Of a DNA stretch of 34,174 nt, positions 1 to 6,885 are shown one piece after another (position 1 is the stretch's first letter; each line of letters begins with the position of its first letter). The notes below the pieces were generated by a model, which was not told the DNA's origin, ran no database searches, and saw only the letters and a program-made list of their open reading frames with translations. Made by a program: the position numbers and the translations under genes. Source of the stretch: a virus (lineage: Duplodnaviria; Caudoviricetes); IMG/VR virus record IMGVR_UViG_3300033076_000503, positions 1-34,174 of that record. One strand, given 5' to 3'.

Positions 1-62
1 TAACATATCTTAGACCTATCTCAATAAAACCCGTCACAACTAGGTGCAGGCCTAACTCGTTG

Positions 63-308
63 TTAGCTGAACATCCGACAAAGCCATAAAACAACTGACC
101 TATTAAGGCAATTCTGAGTATCTGTTTTTACTGGCAGAATGTATCTCTTCCAACCTTTCCAACCGCAATAGCTTACTTTCATTCTGATGCGTAGTTTAAT
201 CCATGTTTTTGCACCACCAGAACGATTATGCAAAATCTGAAAATGAAAAGACTTAGTGTACTGAAAGTACCATTCGCCAAGTCTTTTACTCCAAAAACAT
301 TCTTCCAT
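63..308 (-). CDS. Hypothetical protein (81 aa), AT-rich, possibly cassette-derived
   Basis: AAAGGAG RBS upstream of ATG at 308; visibly more AT-rich than flanking genes. Confidence 0.65.
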   Translation of the reverse strand: MEECFWSKRLGEWYFQYTKSFHFQILHNRSGGAKTWIKLRIRMKVSYCGWKGWKRYILPVKTDTQNCLNRSVVLWLCRMFS

Positions 309-348
309 AAAAACTCCTTTGCCGAAGGTCTGCGCCTATCGGTTACAT

Positions 349-531
349 CTAGGCATTGCGCTCATTGATACCAATCCCCAGCGCCTCGTCTGACAGCAGC
401 TCAATACGCTCTGTTCGCCCCGAGTTAAGTGTGACCGTGAGCACTGTCAGGTGGCCCTTGTAGGACTCGCTAGCAAGCTTCTTGGTTTCGACGCTGACGT
501 TTTTAACGTCGTGAATGGTGATGGTGGTCAT
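349..531 (-). CDS. Hypothetical protein (60 aa; MTTITIHDVKNVSV...)
   Basis: AAAGGAG RBS upstream of ATG at 531; in frame with the longer upstream ORF. Confidence 0.6.
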   Translation of the reverse strand: MTTITIHDVKNVSVETKKLASESYKGHLTVLTVTLNSGRTERIELLSDEALGIGINERNA

Positions 532-768
532 CTGGGCTCCTTTGGATTTGACAGATGTTTCAAGATGGCTTCGACGCCAGCGTTGATTCTGCGTTTTTCG
601 GCGTATGGCGTATGCATCATAGAACACCGTAACTAGATCAGATAGGATTGGCACCTCCAGAGCAATCAACCCCTCGCTCTCCAGCTTCTTCGCCAGTGCG
701 TGCACCTCTACAGGCTTGAGAGATGGCGCCCCCTCGGCGATGGCGGTTCTTAGGTGGTCAATGGTCAC
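349..768 (-). CDS. Hypothetical protein, long form (GTG start overlapping the upstream TGA), reading through into the 60-aa ORF
   Basis: GTGA start/stop coupling with ORF 765-1061; open frame to 349. Confidence 0.45.
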   Translation of the reverse strand: MTIDHLRTAIAEGAPSLKPVEVHALAKKLESEGLIALEVPILSDLVTVFYDAYAIRRKTQNQRWRRSHLETSVKSKGAQMTTITIHDVKNVSVETKKLASESYKGHLTVLTVTLNSGRTERIELLSDEALGIGINERNA

Positions 769-1061
769 GATGGCCTCCATGCTTCAGCTTTGACGATGGC
801 TTCCTTGAACCTATCCTCTCCATACTGGTCAAGGATAGCAATAGCCAGCTTGGTGGCCAGCTCCACAGTAGGCGCCCCACTTCTCGGAACAGCGAAGCCG
901 GTAGCGATATGAGACACGTTAAAGCCCCACCCACTACTGCAATCATGAACGCAGAACTTGGCGCCGAAGTGTTCGAACTCGGCATAATAGGGCGAATGCA
1001 CAAGGCCACAGTGGTCGGCCTTCTCGAACGTACCAATGGGGTCAGGTTTTTCATCGTTCAT
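765..1061 (-). CDS. Phage hypothetical protein (98 aa)
   Basis: GGAGG RBS; abuts the upstream ORF; operon-consistent strand. Confidence 0.75.
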   Translation of the reverse strand: MNDEKPDPIGTFEKADHCGLVHSPYYAEFEHFGAKFCVHDCSSGWGFNVSHIATGFAVPRSGAPTVELATKLAIAILDQYGEDRFKEAIVKAEAWRPS

Positions 1062-1062
1062 C

Positions 1063-1332
1063 TCACTTCCTCCCTTTCAGCACGATCAGATTAGCCAGTG
1101 TTCCTGGTACCATCTTCTCTAAGCGCTCGGTGGATATCCCCTTGCAGGCATTGACGCAGGCGACGATGCGGCGGGCGTCTTCGTCCGGGCCGCCTCCGTG
1201 AATCTGCGTGTGCCTCTGGCCGACCCAAAGGTCTTCGTTCGCGTCGTTCTGGCCGATGTGAGCCACTGGCTGAAAATCTGACTGTAGCCGTATATCAAAG
1301 ATGTCCCACGGCTCCGGTGTGTGCTTACTCAT
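1063..1332 (-). CDS. Phage protein of the 'HTPxPW...ARRIVACVNAC' type (89 aa)
   Basis: MSKHTPEPW N-terminus and DARRIVACVNACKGI motif typical of small phage early proteins; ATGA coupling at 1329-1332. Confidence 0.8.
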   Translation of the reverse strand: MSKHTPEPWDIFDIRLQSDFQPVAHIGQNDANEDLWVGQRHTQIHGGGPDEDARRIVACVNACKGISTERLEKMVPGTLANLIVLKGRK

Positions 1333-1691
1333 CCTCTCCCCTCCTCGAAACTCTCTCTTAGCTCGGCGTACTCTTCCCTCATATTCGGCTCCGGCGCCAC
1401 TCCGGTAACCACGCGTATGATCCGCTGTAGTAGCGCGTTTGCTTCTACGGGGCGATTGCCGATATTGCATCGATCATTCTCTTCTAAGTTGCGGACGGGA
1501 ACCAGGTTCAGAGCGTGGTTGAGAACCTTCTCGCCATACTTATCGAGCCGGTTCCTAGTCTTGGCTACGCGGTGTGCTAGTTGCGGCGTGCCAGAACGAA
1601 GCGGCTCACCAGAGACGACGCTTCTCCAGTCGGCGGCAGCAAAGAGGAACTCGCGCTTGTCGTTGGCGTCAGCCTTGTCGCGGTCACGCAT
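1329..1691 (-). CDS. Phage hypothetical protein (~120 aa)
   Basis: Overlaps both neighbours in a coupled operon; start moved to ATG 1691. Confidence 0.7.
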   Translation of the reverse strand: MRDRDKADANDKREFLFAAADWRSVVSGEPLRSGTPQLAHRVAKTRNRLDKYGEKVLNHALNLVPVRNLEENDRCNIGNRPVEANALLQRIIRVVTGVAPEPNMREEYAELRESFEEGRG

Positions 1692-1938
1692 CAACACCAG
1701 CCCCAATGACGCCGACAGTTGCTATAGCTGGGATAAGAACCCACCAGCCCCACCCCCAGAACAGGCCGGCTACGGATAGCCCACATAGAATGCATGCAGC
1801 AATCGCAGTGCCAACAGCGTCGCTATTCCCTGAAACGTATTCTGTGCGAACTTCCACGACCTTCTCGGGTTGAGCCGCTACAAGGCGCTCGTACTCTTCC
1901 ATGGGAAGTATCACTTGCTTTTTGTTCTCGTCCATCAT
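1684..1938 (-). CDS. Small membrane protein with two C-terminal hydrophobic segments
   Basis: GGAGG RBS; AVGTAIAACILCGLSVAGLFW and WWVLIPAIATVGVIGAGV hydrophobic stretches. Confidence 0.75.
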   Translation of the reverse strand: MMDENKKQVILPMEEYERLVAAQPEKVVEVRTEYVSGNSDAVGTAIAACILCGLSVAGLFWGWGWWVLIPAIATVGVIGAGVDA

Positions 1939-1962
1939 TCCTCCAAAGTCACGGTAGATCGG

Positions 1963-2367
1963 TTAAAATGGTACATCAGACACGGGCCAGACTTCATGGA
2001 TATATTCTTCTTTCGTGGGGGCCTCAGACGGATTCTTGTCAAACTTGGTCATGAACTCCACAGTCTCGCCCACAATCTTAACCTTAGACTGCTTGCGCCC
2101 ATCTTTATCCGTCCATCGATCTTGCTTGAGTCGCCCCATCACGCGAACACCTCGACCCTTCTCAAGCATCTCGAGACATCGCTCGGCTGTTTTGTTCCAT
2201 GTCTCGACATCGAAGAAACTAACCTCTTCTTTCTTCTCGCCGTCTTTCTTGTAGTACCGATTAGAGGCCACGGTGAACGTGCATAGGATGCCGCCGCCAA
2301 CCTCGCGTTTCTCGGGATTGGCGACGAGATTGCCTTCGATTAAGACATTATTGAGACTGTTCATCAT
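1963..2367 (-). CDS. ssb: Single-stranded DNA-binding protein
   Basis: OB-fold motifs NNVLIEGNL, SFFDVETW, GRLKQDRW; acidic C-terminal DVPF tail. Confidence 0.97.
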   Translation of the reverse strand: MMNSLNNVLIEGNLVANPEKREVGGGILCTFTVASNRYYKKDGEKKEEVSFFDVETWNKTAERCLEMLEKGRGVRVMGRLKQDRWTDKDGRKQSKVKIVGETVEFMTKFDKNPSEAPTKEEYIHEVWPVSDVPF

Positions 2368-2789
2368 TCCTCCGTTAATACGACGCCCTTCTCGGCTGCG
2401 TCTTGTTCTGCTACGTCGATCAAGATCGATTCCTGTTCTACGCTCGCCCTAGACTCGCTCTGGGCAATCGACATCTCTACAAGCACGCCCTCGGGTGTCT
2501 TATAGTGCACTACATCGAAAGGCCAGCCGCGAGCGATAGCCTTCTGTTTCAGCTCCATTTTCAGGCGCTCGAAATCGTCCTGCGTCTGCACACAAATCTG
2601 TGCCACAATCGCGTGAAACTTCGCTGACTGGCTTCCACGCCCTGTACTCCGTGGCCGAAACGGGGCCTGAAACGTCACTTGCAAGTAGGGCGCTTTCTGC
2701 TTGGATAGCATGTTGCGCACTTGCAACTTCTGGGCTTCGGTCAGCATGAGACGGTCACCGACAATCTCGACGGCGGGGAACTTAACCAT
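2364..2789 (-). CDS. NinB/Orf-like recombination accessory protein
   Basis: RPRST..SQSAKFHAIVAQI resembles the NinB 'RS..QN..(L/F)' helix; position in the recombination module; GGAG before ATG 2789. Confidence 0.55.
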   Translation of the reverse strand: MVKFPAVEIVGDRLMLTEAQKLQVRNMLSKQKAPYLQVTFQAPFRPRSTGRGSQSAKFHAIVAQICVQTQDDFERLKMELKQKAIARGWPFDVVHYKTPEGVLVEMSIAQSESRASVEQESILIDVAEQDAAEKGVVLTEE

Positions 2790-3375
2790 ACGCTCTCCAG
2801 GATGCGTCAAACGCCTTCCACGCCTCAGGCCACTGCCTCAGGTGGCCAACCATATCGCGGACCAGTTGAGCGGCTGGCGGGCACTCCTGGCGTAGATAGC
2901 GTTCCTCGTAGACGCGCCGTCCGTCGCTGATGAGATAGCGGAACACGGGAACGGTCTCAAGGCACTCCAGGTAGATCGGGTGCTGCGCGGTGTCCTTGAA
3001 CTTCGGAAACTCGTAGGAGACGGTGAACTTCACGTCGGACGCGATGGGCCCGGCCAGATGGTCCACCTTCCCGTACAGCAGATAGGCTTGCCCGTCAACC
3101 TCGATTTCCTTGCTCACCTTGAGCTGACGCACGCCGCCCGGAACCTCTGCCGCGGCTTCCTCGACACACGCCCAGTAGTCGTCCACCAGTTCCGGTCGGT
3201 ACCCATCCACCCATGCGAACACGTCGGCCTCGAACTTGTTCCCTGCCTCCATGGCTGGAGTAGACTCGAACTTTACCTTGCGAATGGTAGCGAGAATCGA
3301 AGCGTCATCCAGTTCCTCCGAGTTCATGTAGTAGAGCCATGAGTTGATGAGTGTCGGCGTGATGAGGTACCTCAT
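2782..3375 (-). CDS. PD-(D/E)xK-superfamily exonuclease, likely partner of the Sak4-like ATPase
   Basis: AMEAGNKFE, LYGKVD, ASDVKF and Q-x-x-x-Y (QHPIY) motifs; ATGA coupling with the ATPase gene. Confidence 0.8.
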   Translation of the reverse strand: MRYLITPTLINSWLYYMNSEELDDASILATIRKVKFESTPAMEAGNKFEADVFAWVDGYRPELVDDYWACVEEAAAEVPGGVRQLKVSKEIEVDGQAYLLYGKVDHLAGPIASDVKFTVSYEFPKFKDTAQHPIYLECLETVPVFRYLISDGRRVYEERYLRQECPPAAQLVRDMVGHLRQWPEAWKAFDASWRAYG

Positions 3376-4301
3376 GCTTTCTTCGTGAACCTCTTGGCGA
3401 CCATATCGAAGGACAGCTCCAGCTCGTCCGCCCTGGCCTTGAGCTTCGCCCATGCTTCGTCCTTGGATGCGAACACATGCGATAGACCACCAAGCGATTG
3501 CAGGGCTTTGGTAGCGGTCTCCGCGTCGTCCACATTGGCCACGATCTCAGACACGGTAGCCATCAGAGCTTGGTACTTTCCAAGCTCATCCGAGGTTGAC
3601 GCCTCAGCGCTGTCCAGCTTGGCGAAGAGTTCCGTCAAGAAGTTGTTCGGGCGACCCTTGACAAGCTCCGGCACCTCATAGACCTCGTTCACGTTGCGGT
3701 TGCCCTTGGCAAGATATCGCTCGTCCATAGCGAAGAAAGACACGGTACGCTTGTTCGCTCGGGCCTCCATGAATCCGCCCAGGTCTACGGGCTTCCAAAC
3801 CTCGTTCTTAGTCGATCCCGGCACGTCAGGACGCCACTTAGCCGTATCGCCATCCTTGTCCTCGCGGGCATGGAAGGTGATGACGAGGTGCTTGCTCAGC
3901 ACACGGGCCACGTACTCGGTCAGGCGCTTGAACTCGGCAGCGACCTCCCCAAATCCCTGGAGCGACAAAGCGCCGTTGGACTTCCCGGCCTTTGGGTTGC
4001 GCTTGATGATCCAGTCGGACATAAAGTCAAACAGAGCACCCCCCGTGTCGAGTACGATAGTCTCGAAAACAGCCAGGTCAGGATTCTCCGGCTTCAAGTC
4101 GTCAAGGATTTCTTGATAACTCGTAGGCTGAATGTACGGGGTGCGGTGTGTGGGATCCACGCGGTCAAGGCCCCTGTCGGTGTCGACCCAAAGAGGTTTT
4201 GGGGCGCTCAGGGCGAGCGTAGACTTGCCTAGGCCAGGGATGCCGTACACCAGGACGCGGTATCGTTTCGAGGGCATAGCCTCGGTAGGTTTGCGGATCA
4301 T
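3372..4301 (-). CDS. Sak4-like / AAA_24 recombination ATPase
   Basis: Walker A GIPGLGKST, DTDRG, Walker B IVLDT, ITFHARE; lies next to an exonuclease and ssb. Confidence 0.9.
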   Translation of the reverse strand: MIRKPTEAMPSKRYRVLVYGIPGLGKSTLALSAPKPLWVDTDRGLDRVDPTHRTPYIQPTSYQEILDDLKPENPDLAVFETIVLDTGGALFDFMSDWIIKRNPKAGKSNGALSLQGFGEVAAEFKRLTEYVARVLSKHLVITFHAREDKDGDTAKWRPDVPGSTKNEVWKPVDLGGFMEARANKRTVSFFAMDERYLAKGNRNVNEVYEVPELVKGRPNNFLTELFAKLDSAEASTSDELGKYQALMATVSEIVANVDDAETATKALQSLGGLSHVFASKDEAWAKLKARADELELSFDMVAKRFTKKA

Positions 4302-4375
4302 CGGTCACTCTCCTTGATCTTAGCTATGGACAGGGATAGGCGAGGGAGTTCGGGGGCGTCGAAGAGGTCAGCCAA
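4298..4375 (-). CDS. Possible 25-aa coupling peptide (MADLFDAPELPRLSLSIAKIKESDR, TTG start)
   Basis: Fills the gap between ORFs; its TGA overlaps the ATG of the ATPase gene. Confidence 0.3.
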   Translation of the reverse strand: MADLFDAPELPRLSLSIAKIKESDR

Positions 4376-4565
4376 CTCGCACAGTCCCACATTTAGGGCA
4401 TACGAAAAGCTCGGTTTGTGGTTTCACGTGGAGTCGGTAGTAACCAACTGTCGACACCTCTTCAATCCTAGCCGTCGTGCCAATGGACCTGAACGCGGTC
4501 GTATAGTTGAACTTCTCGCCATCATAAAAAGGGTCGTCGCTTTCATGCCCGCATACGCACCTCAC
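4368..4565 (-). CDS. Small Zn-ribbon protein
   Basis: CVCGH and CPKCG motifs; GTGA coupling with the upstream gene. Confidence 0.75.
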   Translation of the reverse strand: MRCVCGHESDDPFYDGEKFNYTTAFRSIGTTARIEEVSTVGYYRLHVKPQTELFVCPKCGTVRVG

Positions 4566-4723
4566 TCTCTCCCCTCCCCGCTCTTAGCGGCATCGACTAC
4601 CATACCGTCCATGAGGGCAAGACCCTCCTCGAACAGCACCTGTTCGAGGCTCGGCGGTTCCTTGACCACGTGCTGAGGCGTGTGGACCAAAATGCGGTCT
4701 TCCAGGTGTGCGGTGTAGGTCAT
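4562..4723 (-). CDS. Hypothetical protein (53 aa)
   Basis: AGGAGG RBS before ATG 4723; ATGA overlap with the RHH gene. Confidence 0.65.
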   Translation of the reverse strand: MTYTAHLEDRILVHTPQHVVKEPPSLEQVLFEEGLALMDGMVVDAAKSGEGRE

Positions 4724-4863
4724 TTCGATTCCTCCTGTTCTTTGCCTTTGCGCACCCATCGGCGCAAGATGTCGGCTACCTTGAGACCTTCCATAGCAGC
4801 CCGTTCCTTGGCAGCCTGAAGGATGCCAGGATCAAGGCGGATGTCGGTTTTGTCTTTTCTCAT
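4720..4863 (-). CDS. Ribbon-helix-helix (Arc/CopG-like) transcriptional regulator, 47 aa, leaderless
   Basis: MRKDKTDIRLD beta-strand, then helix, turn (EGLKVADILRRWV) and helix; first gene of the leftward operon. Confidence 0.8.
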   Translation of the reverse strand: MRKDKTDIRLDPGILQAAKERAAMEGLKVADILRRWVRKGKEQEESK

Positions 4864-4898
4864 ACCATCACAGTAGCTCACCGTAGCACACAAGTCAA
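4864..4898 (-). promoter_or_regulatory. Leftward sigma70-type promoter TTGACT-N17-TACTGT, 6 nt before ATG
   Basis: -35 at 4898-4893, -10 at 4875-4870; no SD sequence. Confidence 0.8.
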
Positions 4899-4957
4899 CC
4901 AAAACATGTAGCACTTTGGGTAGGGAGCAAAGTCCAGAATGTTTCCCAGGATGCCGC

Positions 4958-4992
4958 TTGACGTGTGAGCCTGTGTGAGCTATCATGGCCGT
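4958..4992 (+). promoter_or_regulatory. Rightward sigma70-type promoter TTGACG-N17-TATCAT, 6 nt before ATG 4993
   Basis: -35 at 4958-4963, -10 at 4981-4986; no SD sequence. Confidence 0.8.
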
Positions 4993-5469
4993 ATGACATT
5001 GATTAAATTAGCCAGTGGCGGTCATGCAATCGTCGATGATGAAGATGTAGAACGAGTCTCTAAGCACAGATGGCATCTTACTGGAGGATATTGCGCCACG
5101 GTCATGAAGACGGACGGCAAATGGAAGCGGATGCTGATGCATCACTTCATCATTGGCAAACCCCCCAGAAGGATGGTGACAGACCACGCCAATGGTAACA
5201 AGTTAGACAATAGAAGAAGCAATCTTAGATTCGCTACCCATTCCCAGAATGCCCATAATACTTATCGACATAAATCAAATACGTCTGGGTTCAAGGGGGT
5301 ATGGTGGTCGAGTGACGCGAAATGCTGGATGGCAAATATCAATGTCAGGGGTATCGGCATACATCTGGGCAAGTTCAATACTGCATATGAGGCGCATCTA
5401 GCTTATAGAACCAAGGCGAAGGAATTGCTAGGTGAGTTTGCAAATGACGGATTTGGACCGATAGCCTGA
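4993..5469 (+). CDS. HNH endonuclease with C-terminal AP2 domain (homing-endonuclease type)
   Basis: AIVDDED, MHHFI, DHANGNKLDNRRSNLR (HNH), NTSGFKGV...W.A.I...HLGKF...EAHLAY (AP2). Confidence 0.93.
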   Translation: MTLIKLASGGHAIVDDEDVERVSKHRWHLTGGYCATVMKTDGKWKRMLMHHFIIGKPPRRMVTDHANGNKLDNRRSNLRFATHSQNAHNTYRHKSNTSGFKGVWWSSDAKCWMANINVRGIGIHLGKFNTAYEAHLAYRTKAKELLGEFANDGFGPIA

Positions 5470-5578
5470 CCACCCACCCGGTCTAACCACCGTGGCACTA
5501 CATGCCTAGATTGATGATAGCCTATGTAGGCGGAAAGAGCCAAAGGAGATTGAAATAGCAACTGGAAGTGAGGGAAGA

Positions 5579-5857
5579 ATGAAGTTCGAATGGAAGCGCA
5601 GTAATGGACGCCGATGGGCTGACGAGTGTGACCTGGTGGCCGGTAAGATTAGGCTGGCCTCGATCATCAAGAACATTGGCGCCAAGGGTGGGCCTGAAAC
5701 TTTTCGTCTTGTGTTCTCTTTGCCGCAGATTTCAGGAAGCGATGTCTTAGAAAGATTCGATCCATCAAAGATTGACGAGATCAAGAAGCATGCCGAGCAT
5801 GTATGCAAAAAGTGGTTTGCTGCGGCCGGCTTTGTGCTGGAAGTGAGGAAGGAATGA
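5579..5857 (+). CDS. Hypothetical protein (92 aa) flanked by 21-bp direct repeats
   Basis: GAGG RBS; ATGA overlap with the YopX-like gene. Confidence 0.75.
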   Translation: MKFEWKRSNGRRWADECDLVAGKIRLASIIKNIGAKGGPETFRLVFSLPQISGSDVLERFDPSKIDEIKKHAEHVCKKWFAAAGFVLEVRKE

Positions 5858-6195
5858 GAGAGATCAAGTTCAGAGTTTTTGACGAGGGGCGTTTCTGGTA
5901 CTTCCACATTGGGCAGGTTTGGGACGACGAGACTAAGAGGAAGTATTTCCAGTTCTGTCTCGATGGCAAGAAGTTTGAGCAGTTCATGGGCCTTAAGGAC
6001 AAGAACGGCGTCGAGATTTTCGAGAGGGATATCGTCAGAAGCGTGAGCATTGACGAGTATGCTGACACTAGGACCGAGAGGGTTGTCGTGGAAGAGATCA
6101 AGGACCTTATCATTTACATTAACACACTGACTTGGATTCCGAAGCACGGCGAAGTCATCGGCAACATCCACGAGAACAAGGAGCTTCTGAAATGA
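5854..6195 (+). CDS. YopX-family phage protein
   Basis: MREIKFR, QFMGLKDKNGVEIFERDIV, EVIGNIHENKELL. Confidence 0.93.
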   Translation: MREIKFRVFDEGRFWYFHIGQVWDDETKRKYFQFCLDGKKFEQFMGLKDKNGVEIFERDIVRSVSIDEYADTRTERVVVEEIKDLIIYINTLTWIPKHGEVIGNIHENKELLK

Positions 6196-6497
6196 GCTGC
6201 AACGAAACCGCTTATTACCTACGATCCGACGAAGACGCCGTTGACTATCTGCGTGACAAGCCGATGGGTAGGTGTACGTGGTGTGGAGCTCGCGTCCTAG
6301 ACCTCAGTGCACAATCCGGCATGTACCCCAGCGGCCACGAGGCTTCAAGACTGTATGGGAGTCGTTCGTGCCGATGGGACATGACAGACACGGAGCTCGG
6401 CAACCGCGCGCGCTACCAAGAGGAGCGCGAGGCGCAGGCCTTAGTCAATGAGCAAGTGAACCGAGAGGTATCCCGTGGCAAAGAACCGCCGTGCTGA
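6192..6497 (+). CDS. Hypothetical protein with CxxC motif
   Basis: ATGA coupling at 6192-6195; CTWCG motif. Confidence 0.65.
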   Translation: MSCNETAYYLRSDEDAVDYLRDKPMGRCTWCGARVLDLSAQSGMYPSGHEASRLYGSRSCRWDMTDTELGNRARYQEEREAQALVNEQVNREVSRGKEPPC

Positions 6498-6702
6498 CAA
6501 CACCAGAAACGAGCGTCAGCGTCGATGGTACTGGCGCAACCGCGAGTTAAAGAACCAGCTTAACCGTGATCGTTACCACGGGTTCAAGGCCGCTGGGCTA
6601 TGCCCCTGTTGTGGTCATCAGCCCGACGTCGACCGTATACTGTGCCGACCTTGCCAGGATAAGCGTAAGGGGATCGCCAGCAGGATGGAAAGTTCCCGTT
6701 GA
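6475..6702 (+). CDS. Basic Zn-finger protein
   Basis: GAGGT RBS; Arg-rich helix, then GLCPCCG...LCRPC. Confidence 0.7.
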   Translation: MAKNRRADNTRNERQRRWYWRNRELKNQLNRDRYHGFKAAGLCPCCGHQPDVDRILCRPCQDKRKGIASRMESSR

Positions 6703-6727
6703 CTGTGCGGGGTTGGTGTGCTAGACT
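6699..6727 (+). promoter_or_regulatory. Promoter TTGACT-N17-TAGACT with extended -10 (TG), upstream of the replication genes
   Basis: Consensus spacing; followed by a ~150-nt structured leader. Confidence 0.75.
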
Positions 6728-6737
6728 GTATTTGTCC

Positions 6738-6867
6738 GTGTTTCGCGAGCGGCAACTCGCGTGACACTTGCCTCGGTAGGGGGTAGGATTCAAGAGCCGT
6801 TTACGACACCAGGGGGTGCTTACCGCTAGCCCCCGTTCCTTGCCGGGGGTGTCGTAAACGGCTTTTT
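6738..6867 (+). ncRNA. Structured leader / C4- or CI-like antisense RNA element
   Basis: Perfect 16-bp stem (6795-6810/6848-6863) with a T run; two inner loops complementary to two upstream hairpin loops. Confidence 0.7.
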
Positions 6868-6885
6868 CATTTGGAGCATAGAGGA

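Noticed and set aside
2782-3375. CRISPR-associated Cas4
   Set aside because: No four-Cys Fe-S pattern and no CRISPR context; location beside the Sak4-like ATPase and ssb fits a phage recombination exonuclease
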